Shown: positions 29,076 to 39,665, counted from the first letter of the stretch. The stretch is DNA of 64,000 nucleotides from Bdellovibrionota bacterium (GCA_041740355.1 JBGSMD010000051.1:96001-160000), one strand, 5' to 3'. Numbers and translations are program-made. Notes: a model not told the origin generated them from the letters alone.

Positions 29076-29309
29076 AAAATTTTTGGTTGTTATAATTTTG
29101 ATTTTAGTAATCTCAGCTCTAAGTGAAACTTTTGGACAAGCTGAGAGCAAAATTATAACAAGTTTCTATTGTTACTCAAATCAAGTGTAACCTATTGTTT
29201 GCAATAAAAGATATCGCCTAGTTAGTTAAATAAGTTAAGTAAAAGATTTGCCTTTAATAAACCCTTTGCAGGGTGAATTTGCCGAGGGCGAGCGTAATTT
29301 TGTTTTTTA

Positions 29310-29885
29310 TTAACTCAAAAAAAACTGATGCAGTCGATAATCCCCAGTCAGCTCAGGATGAAATGCCGTTACAAAGATATTTTGTTTTTGAGCGATAATA
29401 ATTTTCTGGGGAGCTAGTTGGGCTAGCACTTTAATATCTGCTCCAACTTCTTTAATAATCGGAGCACGAATAAAAACGGCCGGAAAAGGAATTTCTGGAT
29501 TAGTCAGGAAAGGTAAGTTAAGATCTTTGATAAAACTATCACTTTGTCGCCCAAAGGCATTACGTTTTACAGTAACATCTAAAACACCTAGAGTTGTTTG
29601 CTTTGTTCCAACATTTTTTGCGAGAAAGATTAAGCCGGCACAAGTTCCCCAAACTTTTTCTTTAGAACAAAAACTTTTTAGTGGTTCAATTAATTGATAC
29701 TCTTCAGCAATTCGCGCAATAGTTGTGCTCTCACCCCCAGGAATAATTAGAGCATCAATTGATTCTAAATCCTTTGCTAATTTAACTTCCTTGTATTGAT
29801 GTCCAAGCTCAGTAATAACTTTTCCATGTTCCCGGAAAGCCCCCTGTAAAGCCAGAACTCCTACTTTTAGTATTTTACCAACCAC
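29310..29885 (-). CDS. pdxT: Pyridoxal 5'-phosphate synthase glutaminase subunit
   Basis: [35 protein letters not shown] and FHPE. Confidence 0.95.
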   Translation of the reverse strand: MVGKILKVGVLALQGAFREHGKVITELGHQYKEVKLAKDLESIDALIIPGGESTTIARIAEEYQLIEPLKSFCSKEKVWGTCAGLIFLAKNVGTKQTTLGVLDVTVKRNAFGRQSDSFIKDLNLPFLTNPEIPFPAVFIRAPIIKEVGADIKVLAQLAPQKIIIAQKQNIFVTAFHPELTGDYRLHQFFLS

Positions 29886-30762
29886 GCTGACTTAACTGCT
29901 GAGATTCAATTAAATGATCACAATTAATTCCAACCATTGCTTCACCTAAATTAGCACTAACTTCAGCTAAGATTTCAGGGTTATTAAAATGAGTGGTTGC
30001 TTTTACAATGGCCTTAGCGCGAGCTTCGGGATTGCCACTTTTGAAAATTCCTGAGCCAACAAAAACTCCATCCATACCAAGCTGCATCATTAATGCCGCG
30101 TCCGCCGGGGTAGCAACTCCACCCGCAGCAAAGTTAACTACAGGTAATCGACCTAGTTTTTTTGTTTGTAGTAATAATTCGTATGGTGCGCCTAGATTCT
30201 TAGCATAAGTCATGATTTCTTCATCGCGCATTTGTAACAGGGCATTGATTTCCGTTTGCACTGTGCGTGCATGCTTAACGGCTTGAACAACATCACCAGT
30301 TCCAGCTTCACCCTTAGTACGAATCATTGCGGCACCTTCCCCGATTCTTCGTAGTGCTTCGGCAAGACCAGTACACCCACAAACAAATGGAACTTTAAAT
30401 TTACTTTTTAAAATATGGTATTGATCATCAGCAGGAGTTAAAACTTCACTCTCGTCAATATAATCTACTCCTAGAGCTTCTAAGATTTGCGCTTCCACAA
30501 AATGTCCAATGCGGCACTTAGCCATAACAGGAATACTAACTGCATTAATAATATCTTTAATCATGTCTGGATCAGACATCCTAGCTACTCCTCCATTGGC
30601 ACGAATATCAGCTGGTACTCTTTCTAACGCCATAACTGCTACGGCCCCAGCTTTTTCAGCAATACGTGCTTGATCAGCATTAACCACATCCATGATTACT
30701 CCGCCTTTAAGCATTTGAGCTAAACCACGATTAAGGACAATTTGATTTTCTTGATTGTTCAT
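29875..30762 (-). CDS. pdxS: Pyridoxal 5'-phosphate synthase lyase subunit
   Basis: [30 protein letters not shown] and [13 protein letters not shown]. Confidence 0.97.
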   Translation of the reverse strand: MNNQENQIVLNRGLAQMLKGGVIMDVVNADQARIAEKAGAVAVMALERVPADIRANGGVARMSDPDMIKDIINAVSIPVMAKCRIGHFVEAQILEALGVDYIDESEVLTPADDQYHILKSKFKVPFVCGCTGLAEALRRIGEGAAMIRTKGEAGTGDVVQAVKHARTVQTEINALLQMRDEEIMTYAKNLGAPYELLLQTKKLGRLPVVNFAAGGVATPADAALMMQLGMDGVFVGSGIFKSGNPEARAKAIVKATTHFNNPEILAEVSANLGEAMVGINCDHLIESQQLSQRGW

Positions 30763-31934
30763 AAAAACTTCTGTGTTTCGTAAATTCGCTTATGCTTCTT
30801 AATACCCGCAAGTCGGTAACGAGCAGTAGAAGTTCTAGGACATTGAAAATCCTGTCCATCTTGAGGCAAAGAAAAATCGTAATTCTTCTTATACTCTTCG
30901 TAATTCAGTTCCTTACGATTTTTAAATAAATTTTGATGAAATTCAGTAGATAAATAATTTTTATAGCCACTAACAACCGTTCCAGTGAAAAACTCACCAA
31001 TACTTCCCGACCCATAACTAAATAAGCCAACTTCTTGAGCAGCTAAGTCGGATTTTTGATTATCAAGTAAACTACATATTCCTTGGTATAAAGAGGCTGT
31101 ATAACAATTTCCAGTCTGGCGATTATACATCAAACTAGGATGAACCTTTTTAGCAATATCTTTATCACTAACTTCAACTTCAGATTTTTTAGCGAGGCGA
31201 ACAAAAGCTTTTTCGGCAATTGTAGAAAAAGGTAAATGAAAACAAAAGGCTCCAAATTGGTTAAACTCAGTCTTAACTTTTGCTGCATAATCTTCGTAGG
31301 CATGAAGAAAAGATTTCAAGTAAAGCCTTACAGAATATTGACCATCAACAAAGGCTTCTGTTCTATAATTTGGTCGCCAGAAATCCATCGAATCTTCGGT
31401 ATAAACCCCACTTTGCAAACCAATCTTCATTATTTTTGGATTGCTGGAAATTAGCATGGCACAAGAACCAGCACCTTGAGTTGGCTCACCTGGATTTCCA
31501 AGTCCATAACGAGCAATATCGGAAGCCACAATCAGAGATTTAGTATCAGGATTTAATTCAGAGTCTTGTAGCGCAGAACGCAAAGCAAAAGTAGCGGAGT
31601 AACAAGCTTGTTTTAATTCTACAACTCGACAATCCGATCCCAAGCCAAGTAAGCGGTGTAAATACATGCCTGCTGCCTTGGATTGGTCGATTCCACTTTC
31701 TGTCGCAAAGTACAATGTTTTAATTGACGACTTGTCGGTGTCTTGTAATATTTGCCAGGCGGCATTGGCACCAAGTGTTACTGGATCAGCATCAGGCTCT
31801 GGTACCGCCATCTTTTCCTGACCTAAAACATCATAATAACCCGCCGGATCTTTTTCATATAAGCTCGCTAAAGTTTTTAGATCGAGATAATAACTCGGGC
31901 AATAACAAGCAATTCGGTCAATTCCTACAGACAT
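30759..31934 (-). CDS. mvaS: Hydroxymethylglutaryl-CoA synthase
   Basis: [19 protein letters not shown] (catalytic Cys), SDIARY, EPTQGAG, DFWRP, FHLPF, GN.YTASLY and SYGSG; start taken at MSVGID. Confidence 0.93.
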   Translation of the reverse strand: MSVGIDRIACYCPSYYLDLKTLASLYEKDPAGYYDVLGQEKMAVPEPDADPVTLGANAAWQILQDTDKSSIKTLYFATESGIDQSKAAGMYLHRLLGLGSDCRVVELKQACYSATFALRSALQDSELNPDTKSLIVASDIARYGLGNPGEPTQGAGSCAMLISSNPKIMKIGLQSGVYTEDSMDFWRPNYRTEAFVDGQYSVRLYLKSFLHAYEDYAAKVKTEFNQFGAFCFHLPFSTIAEKAFVRLAKKSEVEVSDKDIAKKVHPSLMYNRQTGNCYTASLYQGICSLLDNQKSDLAAQEVGLFSYGSGSIGEFFTGTVVSGYKNYLSTEFHQNLFKNRKELNYEEYKKNYDFSLPQDGQDFQCPRTSTARYRLAGIKKHKRIYETQKFL

Positions 31935-32019
31935 TAAGTTTAGTTCTAAAATTGAGTCTTGCAAAAAGAGAATCAGACCCGATTTAAGTCTATTAAAATC
32001 AGGCTATTAAATCAAGTTA

Positions 32020-32083
32020 TCCCCTTTTAGGACGCCCAACATTAACTTTAATAATTACAAAATCTTAAGCGTCCTATAAGGGA
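32020..32083. repeat. Imperfect inverted repeat between hisIE and mvaS
   Basis: CCCTTTTAGGACGC ... GCGTCCTATAAGGG with a ~33-nt AT-rich loop. Confidence 0.5.
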
Positions 32084-32100
32084 AGAACAAGCAGCGATAA

Positions 32101-32700
32101 CTAAGCTGGTTTATGTCGATCTTGAAGGACTTGAACGATATCAGCAAACTTCAAATCCTGTTTGGCAGTTAGAACTAACAAATGAAACAATAAATCCGCG
32201 GACTCTTCCAGGAATTTGGGCTTATTACCAATCACAGCTTCAATCACTGACTCTACTGCTTCCTCTCCTACTTTCTGCGCTATTGCGGGGATACCCTTAT
32301 CCATTAATTCTTTAGTGTAGGAACTACCAACGGCTGCCAGCTTACGTTCATTAATTAAGTTTTCTAAATAGAAAAAGAATTGCGGTCCAAAATCATTCTT
32401 CTCGTTAAAGCAGGTGTCTTGTCCAGTGTGACATGCTGGTCCATCAGGGTTTGCAGTAATCAAGATAGTATCCTCATCACAATCTAGTTTGGCATCAACT
32501 AAATTTAAAAAGTTTCCACTTGTTTCCCCTTTTACCCAGATGCGATTCTTACTGCGAGAAAAAAAAGTAACTTTTTTACTGACTAGTGTTTCATTCCAAG
32601 CTTCCTGGTTCATGTAGCCAAGCATCAGAACAACTCTGGTTGCTGCATCCTGAACAACGGCAGGTATAAGATCTTCAGGAGATTTAAAATTTGGATTCAT
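32101..32700 (-). CDS. hisIE: Bifunctional phosphoribosyl-AMP cyclohydrolase / phosphoribosyl-ATP pyrophosphatase
   Basis: [27 protein letters not shown] and ESADL.FH. Confidence 0.95.
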   Translation of the reverse strand: MNPNFKSPEDLIPAVVQDAATRVVLMLGYMNQEAWNETLVSKKVTFFSRSKNRIWVKGETSGNFLNLVDAKLDCDEDTILITANPDGPACHTGQDTCFNEKNDFGPQFFFYLENLINERKLAAVGSSYTKELMDKGIPAIAQKVGEEAVESVIEAVIGNKPKFLEESADLLFHLLVLTAKQDLKFADIVQVLQDRHKPA

Positions 32701-33452
32701 AATCGCACCTCTATATTATTATCTTTTAGAATTCTTTTTAAATCTGGGATTTTTATCTCACCAAAATGAAAGACACTAGCTGCAAGAGCTGCATCAGCTA
32801 ATCCTTTAGTAAAAACATCGATAAAATCCTGCGGACAACCTGCACCCCCAGAGGCAATAACTGGAATCTTCACTGCTTTAGAAACTTGGCTAGTAATATC
32901 TAAAGCAAACCCCTCCTTAGTTCCATCACTATTCATTGAGGTGAGCAAAATCTCACCCGCTCCCAGCGACTCAACTTTTTTAATCCAAGTTAAAGTATCA
33001 AGCCCAGTATCAATCGTACCACTCTTAACAAAGACATTCCAACTGCTGCCATTAAATTTTGTATCAACAGCCACAACCACACATTGACTACCAACTTCAC
33101 TGGCTAATTTTGAAATCAGTTCGGGGTTACTAACTGCTGAGGAATTAATACTTATTTTATCTGCTCCAGCTTGAAGTAAATCTTGAACATCAGCCAAAGT
33201 GCTAATACCACCACCAACAGTAAAGGGGATATTAATCTCTCGGGCAATTTTACTAACTAGTTCCTTGAAAGTTTTTCTTCGATCTAAGGTTGCGGTAATA
33301 TCTAAAAACACTAGTTCATCGGCACCCTGCTGAACGTAATACTTTGCTAATTCAATTGGATCACCGGCTTGTCGTAAATTCTCAAAATTAATCCCTTTGA
33401 CAGTTTGACCATCTTTAATATCAAGACATGGAATGATGCGTTTTGCTAACAT
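32697..33452 (-). CDS. hisF: Imidazole glycerol phosphate synthase cyclase subunit
   Basis: [38 protein letters not shown] and IASGGAG. Confidence 0.96.
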   Translation of the reverse strand: MLAKRIIPCLDIKDGQTVKGINFENLRQAGDPIELAKYYVQQGADELVFLDITATLDRRKTFKELVSKIAREINIPFTVGGGISTLADVQDLLQAGADKISINSSAVSNPELISKLASEVGSQCVVVAVDTKFNGSSWNVFVKSGTIDTGLDTLTWIKKVESLGAGEILLTSMNSDGTKEGFALDITSQVSKAVKIPVIASGGAGCPQDFIDVFTKGLADAALAASVFHFGEIKIPDLKRILKDNNIEVRL

Positions 33453-33503
33453 TGATGTAACATAGCTCAGAAATGAAAGTACTTAAAGAGGGCGTACTTT
33501 CAG

Positions 33504-34214
33504 TTAGCAAATTTGCTCTAAAGAAATTCGCCCTTCTAAAATTGCTTTACCAACAACAACAGCTGAAACTTTGGCATGATCAAGTTGTGTCAGATCTGTA
33601 TAATCAGCAACACCGCCACTTGCAATTAGATAAATTTCGGGAAAATCACTAATAATTTCTTGATAGAGCTCAAGTGCTGGCCCAGCCAAGGTTCCATCTT
33701 TACTAACATCAGTACAAAGAAATTGGTTAACTCCTAATGCTAAATATTGTTTAATAAAAGTATTTAACTCTAGTGAAGATTTATCCTGCCAAGCATTGAT
33801 CGCAATAAAACGATCCTTAACATCTGCCGCCATAATAATTTTTTCTGGTCCTAACGCTGTGATTATCTCAGCTGTTAATTCTGGATTCTTCACAGCAATA
33901 CTACCAAGATTAATTTTCTCAGCTCCAGCATTTATCACGTCCCAAGCTGATTGAAGCGTTTTGATTCCACCACCAAAATCAATCTCTAGTCCGGTTGTTA
34001 TTTTAATCTCTGTTAGCAGCTTTAGATTTTTCACTTCGCCGGCTTTAGCACCATCTAAATCTACTAAATGGAGTTTCTTAATTCCAACAGCAGCAATTTT
34101 CTTGGCAAAATCTACTGGGTTCTTATAATAAACTGTCTTCTCTTGATAATCGCCCTGATGAAGACGGACACATTCACCACCGATGATATCTATAGCTGGT
34201 ATTACTTCGATCAT
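33504..34214 (-). CDS. hisA: ProFAR isomerase
   Basis: IPAIDI..G.CVRL.QG, HLVDLDGA, DFGGGI, TD...DGTL.GP and IASGGV. Confidence 0.95.
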   Translation of the reverse strand: MIEVIPAIDIIGGECVRLHQGDYQEKTVYYKNPVDFAKKIAAVGIKKLHLVDLDGAKAGEVKNLKLLTEIKITTGLEIDFGGGIKTLQSAWDVINAGAEKINLGSIAVKNPELTAEIITALGPEKIIMAADVKDRFIAINAWQDKSSLELNTFIKQYLALGVNQFLCTDVSKDGTLAGPALELYQEIISDFPEIYLIASGGVADYTDLTQLDHAKVSAVVVGKAILEGRISLEQIC

Positions 34215-34401
34215 TTTTTAATTATTGTTAAGCTATCAGCCAATTCAAAAAATTGATCTGCTCTTAAGGTTTAACATTATTGTTTTAGCCATTCAAATCT
34301 GGAGACTTGTCATCTAATCGCCTGAGCAAAGAGGTAAATTCAGGATTTGAAAAACTAATTAATTTATTCTTTCCAGATCCGCCAAAATCACAGCGATTAA
34401 A

Positions 34402-34962
34402 TCATTCTTTATCTTTTTCATGGATCAATGACAGAGAGTTAATGCAAAAGCGATTCCCTGACTCGGATGGACCATCATCAAAAACGTGCCCAAGGTGCGC
34501 ATTACATCTAGCACAAACAACTTCAGTACGCTTCATCCCTTTTGAATTATCAACAATCAAACGAACATTCTTAGTATTAACTGGATCGGTAAAACTTGGC
34601 CAGCCTGTTCCCGAATCATATTTGGTATCACTTGCAAATAGCTCTAAACCACAGCTAGAACATAGGTAAGCACCCTCTCGTTTATCTTTATAATATTGAC
34701 CTGAAAAGGGCATTTCTGTGCCAGCTTTACGGCTAACATGAAATTGTTCTGGCGTCATACGCTCCTTCCAATAGTCATCTCCTTTTGACTGCCAGTCTAC
34801 TGGCTCATCACTAGTATGTGTCTCCAAATCAATAACTTGTTTAATTTTTGGTTTATCTGAAGATTCGGCGTTCATAGGTTTATTGTCAATTACGTAAAAA
34901 AGTATTCCTGCAAATAGTAAAATTAGACTTATTTTAACAACATTAGGAGTAAGGGTCTTCAT
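34402..34962 (-). CDS. msrB: Peptide-methionine (R)-S-oxide reductase with N-terminal membrane/signal segment
   Basis: GTE.PF.G, CSSC, DSGTGWPSF, CARC..HLGHVF.DGP and RFCINS. Confidence 0.94.
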   Translation of the reverse strand: MKTLTPNVVKISLILLFAGILFYVIDNKPMNAESSDKPKIKQVIDLETHTSDEPVDWQSKGDDYWKERMTPEQFHVSRKAGTEMPFSGQYYKDKREGAYLCSSCGLELFASDTKYDSGTGWPSFTDPVNTKNVRLIVDNSKGMKRTEVVCARCNAHLGHVFDDGPSESGNRFCINSLSLIHEKDKE

Positions 34963-35076
34963 AGGTTAGATACAAAATAAAGCAAATTTCTATTACGATG
35001 TTTAGACTATACTATTGGCAAAACCTTCAAAGTTTTATTTAATCAAACAATATATCCACTTTCCTAGTCACAATCC

Positions 35077-36474
35077 ATGAACAAACCACTGTATTTCCTA
35101 GTTTTAGTTCTTTTAACGCCAAGTCTTTTACTTGGTATACCCTTTGACTTTGATTCCAATGGCTTAAGCGATCCCTCCTCCACAAAGGTTAACAGTACCA
35201 ACCAACTTAAATGGTCAACTAAGATTAATGCTGTAGAAATTCCTCTATCTTTAGCATTTGGATCGCTAGTTGATCACGTTGCCGCAGCTAATTACTTTGA
35301 TCAGGAGACTAATTTAGCTACAATTGATTACTCTGGCAGATGGAATATTTTTAAACTAGTTGGTCAAACAGGAACATTTATACACGGAGCAACAAATGCT
35401 CTTTATCTTTCGGGAGCCGACTTTGATGGGGATGGTTTAGCCGACGCAGCTTATTCCAATAACGTCTGTGAACAAAAACCTAGTAAAACATTTTTTAAGC
35501 TTAATCCTTTAGGAGCAAGTCCAATAGAAATTAGTTTCCCAACTGGCAAAGGATTTTTTTATAAGACCTATTTAGATACCAACAATGATGGCCGTGATGA
35601 ATTTTGCATTGCTAATCCAATTAAAAGCAAAAGTACTATGAATGGTCGCTTTCAGCTAATCTGCTATGATGTTTTATCTAAGCAAAAGGTTTTGGGAATA
35701 AATCTTAAAAAGCTTTACGAAGCTCCACGTCCACTTAGAAATCGTTCTGGCGCAGACTACATTCTAACCTATCGCAACCTAAGCAATTCAACTTTAATTA
35801 GAGTGATAGATGTGACTGGAAAAACAATTAAGAATATTAAAATTGAGCTTTCTGGAAAAATTATCTTAGGTCAATTTCAAGAAGGATCAGTCGAGCAAAT
35901 TGCAGTTGTTGATACAAATGATCGTGCTCGCATTTATAACCTTGAAACAAATAAAATTAGAAATCTTAGCTTTCCGTCTGGAGCTCCTTTTGACCATACT
36001 AACATTAATTATTTTACCTCTGCCTCAAACAATTACAACTGCTTTTGTAATACGACTGTAATTCAAGCTAATGGAGGAAGCTGCCAAACAACAACAAGCA
36101 ATGAGACCCCTGACGTAAATACTCCCGATACAAATACCCCACCAGTTCTTGGAAATAATAATTGTGATTTTAATCGATTAATTAATGATGGGCCAGATGG
36201 CTGGTTACATAAGCCTGTTTCAGATAGTGATGGTAAAATTGTTAATTTAACTAAAACCAGTGATTATCCAGCAACTTGTCGCTACGAGAACCCGAATGGT
36301 TCATTATTTAGAGCAGCATACTTATCGAGCTTTAGTAATCCCGACCGCCCAACATGGAGACCGATTGGCGGTGGAGGCTGTCGTGAATATCCTGATAATC
36401 TAATTTTTGCTTGTCAGATAAAAAGCAAGAAGTATTGTTGGAATATTCCCGATCCATGTTCGCGATACGACTAA
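35077..36474 (+). CDS. Exported FG-GAP/VCBS-like protein with Cys-rich C-terminal domain
   Basis: Signal peptide; Ca-binding loops DFDSNGLSD, ADFDGDGLAD and DTNNDGRDE; T/P linker; C-terminal Cys-rich domain. Confidence 0.7.
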   Translation: MNKPLYFLVLVLLTPSLLLGIPFDFDSNGLSDPSSTKVNSTNQLKWSTKINAVEIPLSLAFGSLVDHVAAANYFDQETNLATIDYSGRWNIFKLVGQTGTFIHGATNALYLSGADFDGDGLADAAYSNNVCEQKPSKTFFKLNPLGASPIEISFPTGKGFFYKTYLDTNNDGRDEFCIANPIKSKSTMNGRFQLICYDVLSKQKVLGINLKKLYEAPRPLRNRSGADYILTYRNLSNSTLIRVIDVTGKTIKNIKIELSGKIILGQFQEGSVEQIAVVDTNDRARIYNLETNKIRNLSFPSGAPFDHTNINYFTSASNNYNCFCNTTVIQANGGSCQTTTSNETPDVNTPDTNTPPVLGNNNCDFNRLINDGPDGWLHKPVSDSDGKIVNLTKTSDYPATCRYENPNGSLFRAAYLSSFSNPDRPTWRPIGGGGCREYPDNLIFACQIKSKKYCWNIPDPCSRYD

Positions 36475-36527
36475 CTTTTACTTCTAAACTCTTATTAATT
36501 TGATACCGCAAATAAAAATAACTGAGG

Positions 36528-37130
36528 TCATTGTAATCGCTCTTTTAAGATTTTTAAATAATTAGTAAAGCTATGCGCCTGCTCTTTAGGACCATCAAAT
36601 TTTTCAACTTGAGGATTTACAAAACGATAATCATCACCAGCTAATTTTTGGTAAATCTTAAGCAGCGGTAAGGTGATTTTAGTAACGATATCACCTTCTA
36701 GTGAAAAAGAGTTTATCTGTTTAATTTCCTTCGGCCAAAGATGCATCGCAGCACCAACAGTTGTAATCGAGATTCGTTCTGCTAGTTTTTTCCAAGTAGC
36801 TTCCTCTCCATGCCCGACCAGCCTTTCTTTGATTTTAACTAAAGTATTACAAGTGATAATACTGCCCTGACTATAGGCAAATAATTTAATTTCACCATCC
36901 TTCCTTAACTCTTTTAAGATTTGGCGATAAAGTTCTCTGGTAGCTTCTATCTCAACTTTAAAGCCCCAAGCACTACTTAAAATGCCAGCGATAGCAAAGC
37001 CAATGTCTAAAACGGCTCCCGAAGTCCCATTTGGAATTAATCTAGTCTCAATCCCTAGAGAAAGTTTAGCTTGTGATAAGTAGTTTTTTTGTACTTCTAA
37101 GTCAGTACAAATTCCTGTAACCATTAACAT
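36528..37130 (-). CDS. Alpha/beta-hydrolase-fold protein (DUF687-like)
   Basis: N-terminal V.GI, nucleophile elbow AYSQG, T.GAA, D.V and a late His (AHSF..Y). Confidence 0.65.
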   Translation of the reverse strand: MLMVTGICTDLEVQKNYLSQAKLSLGIETRLIPNGTSGAVLDIGFAIAGILSSAWGFKVEIEATRELYRQILKELRKDGEIKLFAYSQGSIITCNTLVKIKERLVGHGEEATWKKLAERISITTVGAAMHLWPKEIKQINSFSLEGDIVTKITLPLLKIYQKLAGDDYRFVNPQVEKFDGPKEQAHSFTNYLKILKERLQ

Positions 37131-37205
37131 GATGATTAGGATTCAATTCTTAATGCTGGGATTCAAAATTGAACGAGCATTTTAATTTTTGTTAAATTTT
37201 TGGAA

Positions 37206-37571
37206 TTAACTTGCTTTGGGAGTTTCAACCCTAAATCTTACTTCACTAACCTTTTGACCATCATTTAAATATTTTTGAAGTCGACCAAGAATAATTCTAG
37301 ATTGGAAGCTTAATTCTTGCGCCCAAGCAGAACTAGGAACGGAGATAAATAAAGTTTCGCCGCTAATACTCTGTGGCTTACAGATTTCCGACAATTCCTC
37401 GCCCACAATCTCTTTCCAGTTAAGCACAAAGTTATATTGCAAGATTTTTTTATCAATTCGATAAGCGCGCATTGCCGCTTGAAGTACATTGGAAATTTTA
37501 GCAGGCTTGGAGGGGAAACGATAATTACTCAAGTTTGTTAAATTAAATATTATTGTTAAGTATTCAATCAA
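37206..37571 (-). CDS. DUF721 / DciA family protein
   Basis: W.EIVG....CKP...G..L.I.V.SS.WAQEL pattern; the true start is probably downstream (TTG ~37532). Confidence 0.8.
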   Translation of the reverse strand: MIEYLTIIFNLTNLSNYRFPSKPAKISNVLQAAMRAYRIDKKILQYNFVLNWKEIVGEELSEICKPQSISGETLFISVPSSAWAQELSFQSRIILGRLQKYLNDGQKVSEVRFRVETPKAS

Positions 37572-37592
37572 TGCTCAAACGTAGCTACTAAG

Positions 37593-37708
37593 CGTTTAGA
37601 GTTTGAGCGGAGGTCGAATTAAAAAATTTGGTAAATACGCAGCTGTACTAATGATACAGCGAGTATTTTACCAAATTTTTTCTTTCGAGATACGCCAAAG
37701 GCTAAGCG
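37593..37708. repeat. 116-bp long imperfect palindrome (RPE-like palindromic element)
   Basis: Nested stems CGTTTAG/CTAAGCG, TTTG/CAAA, GCG/CGC, TCGAA/TTCGA, AAAAAATTTGGTAAA/TTTACCAAATTTTTT and GCTGTA/TACAGC. Confidence 0.7.
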
Positions 37709-37709
37709 G

Positions 37710-37985
37710 TTAGCGTTCTTCTAAGAAGATGATTTGTTCATCAGGTTTTGCAAGGGCAAAATGATCACGAGCATATTGTTCAATAATAGCCGGATTATGG
37801 TTTAAGTCATACACTAGTTTCTTTAGATTTTTAACTTCTTGATCTAGACGCTCAAACTCTTGTTTTTCATTTAAAAGGTCTGACTGAAGGGTTTTAAGGT
37901 GATCGTAACTTTGGTCTTTAAAATAAGTAGCCCCGCCAGTCAGGATAACAAGGAATAAAATGATATATGGGGTGTACTTTCTCAT
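37710..37985 (-). CDS. ftsB: Septum formation initiator (FtsB/DivIC family)
   Basis: N-terminal TM, coiled coil and IE..AR....L.KP.E motif. Confidence 0.8.
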   Translation of the reverse strand: MRKYTPYIILFLVILTGGATYFKDQSYDHLKTLQSDLLNEKQEFERLDQEVKNLKKLVYDLNHNPAIIEQYARDHFALAKPDEQIIFLEER

Positions 37986-38089
37986 GGCAACAAATTTCTT
38001 GGATAAAACCTTAAATTAACCAAAGTCCTACGGTAATATTAGCATTGTTAAAGCCTTTTAAAAAGCTGCTTTCTACAAAAAGCATAATA

Positions 38090-38186
38090 TTTCTAATCAA
38101 TGGTGGTATTTTAAAGTCAGATAGTTATTACAAAAAAACAATTTGCCCTATTTATTAATAGGTAATTAATTTGGAGGGTAACTATA
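38090..38186 (-). mobile_element. Degenerate partial copy of the 148-bp MITE-like repeat
   Basis: ATAGTTATTACAAAAAAACAATTTGCCCTATTTATTAATAGGTAATT...TAACTATA aligns with the reverse complement of copy 1 (2790-2856). Confidence 0.65.
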
Positions 38187-38376
38187 AAAAATGGAAGCAA
38201 GTTTTACCAAGTGGGAAGGTCTTCGGAGCACACGGGGTATTAACTTTTTTAGTTTTGCTGTTAGCTTAAAGTTACGCTATAACTTGCAATAAATGTGAGT
38301 TTTAGAAAAGCTAGCTACCTTTAAGATGTGCTCTCTGATCCAAGACTTAGAGTGTATTTTTACAATATAAATTACT

Positions 38377-39663
38377 ATGAGTTCAAAAATTAAATCAATC
38401 TCAGCTTTTGAATGCCTTGATTCCAGGGGATTCCCAACAATTTCAGCGACTGTGGAATTAGAAAATGGTGCCCTAGGTACAGCGATGGTTCCATCTGGTG
38501 CTTCTACAGGGGAACATGAAGCTCATGAACTTCGCGACGAAGATGCTAAGCGTTACAAGGGTAAAGGGGTATTAAAGGCAATTGCTAACCTCGAAAAAAC
38601 TCTTGCTCCGGCTGTTATCGGACTTGATGCTTGCGACCAACAAGCAATTGATCAAAAATTAATTGCAACTGATGGATCTGAAAATAAGCAAAACCTTGGT
38701 GCTAATGCAATTTTAGCAATCAGCTTAGCGACTGCTCAAGCCGCTGCAGCTAGTCAAAGATTACCACTATTCCGTTATATTGGTGGAGAACAAGCTACCT
38801 ACAAAATGCCAGTACCAATGGTTAACGTGATTAATGGTGGGGCCCACGCTGCTAATTCTCTTGATTTTCAAGAGTTTATGTTAGTTCCTCATTCTGGAAA
38901 AACTTTTTCAGAAAACATTCAAGCTGCTAGCGAAGTATTCCATACTCTTAAGAAGAATTTACAGAAAAAAGGTATGAGTACAGGGATTGGTGATGAAGGT
39001 GGCTTTGCTCCGAACTTAAAAGATGCGGAAACAACAATACTAACTCTGCTAGAAGCAATCAGCGATGCTGGATATGAGCCTGGCAAAGACATTGCCCTTG
39101 CTTTAGATGTCGCAGCTAGCGAAATGTATAACCGCGAAACTGGAAAATATGTTTTTAAGAAAAGTAGTGGCGAAAGTGTTTCTTCAGATGATTTAATTAA
39201 TCTTTATGCTGGTTGGACTAGCAAATACCCATTAGTAAGTATTGAAGATGGACTGGACGAAAATGACTGGGCTGGTTGGACTAAGTTAATGGCGACAATT
39301 GGAAATAAAACTCAATTAGTAGGAGATGATCTGTTTGTAACAAACGCTAAGCGTTTACAAGACGGTATTAACAAAAAAGCGGCTAACTCTATTTTGATTA
39401 AAGTAAATCAGATTGGAACTCTAAGCGAAACATTACAATCAATTGCTTTAGCTCACGAACATCAAATGACGGCTGTAATGTCTCATCGCTCTGGTGAAAC
39501 AGAAGACACAATTATTGCCGACTTAGCAGTAGCTACAGCTTGCGGACAAATTAAGACTGGTTCTGTTTGTCGTGGGGAACGTACTGCTAAATACAATCGT
39601 TTGCTTTGGATTGAAAAATTTCTTAGTAACAAAGCAGTAATGGCTACCCCATTTAAAGCTTAA
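38377..39663 (+). CDS. eno: Enolase
   Basis: DSRG.PT, VPSGASTG.HEA, GDEGGFAP, SIEDG, SHRSGETED and GQIKTG. Confidence 0.97.
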   Translation: MSSKIKSISAFECLDSRGFPTISATVELENGALGTAMVPSGASTGEHEAHELRDEDAKRYKGKGVLKAIANLEKTLAPAVIGLDACDQQAIDQKLIATDGSENKQNLGANAILAISLATAQAAAASQRLPLFRYIGGEQATYKMPVPMVNVINGGAHAANSLDFQEFMLVPHSGKTFSENIQAASEVFHTLKKNLQKKGMSTGIGDEGGFAPNLKDAETTILTLLEAISDAGYEPGKDIALALDVAASEMYNRETGKYVFKKSSGESVSSDDLINLYAGWTSKYPLVSIEDGLDENDWAGWTKLMATIGNKTQLVGDDLFVTNAKRLQDGINKKAANSILIKVNQIGTLSETLQSIALAHEHQMTAVMSHRSGETEDTIIADLAVATACGQIKTGSVCRGERTAKYNRLLWIEKFLSNKAVMATPFKA

Positions 39664-39665
39664 CG

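Noticed and set aside
29261-29295. FMN riboswitch-like GCAGGGTGAATTTGCCGA
   Set aside because: Only one segment resembles it, the rest of the aptamer is missing, and no suitable gene lies downstream on that strand.
34963-35000. ECF13-type promoter (GTAA...TCTAA) upstream of msrB
   Set aside because: The spacing is inconsistent with the similar words upstream of the ECF operon, so a motif cannot be supported by eye.
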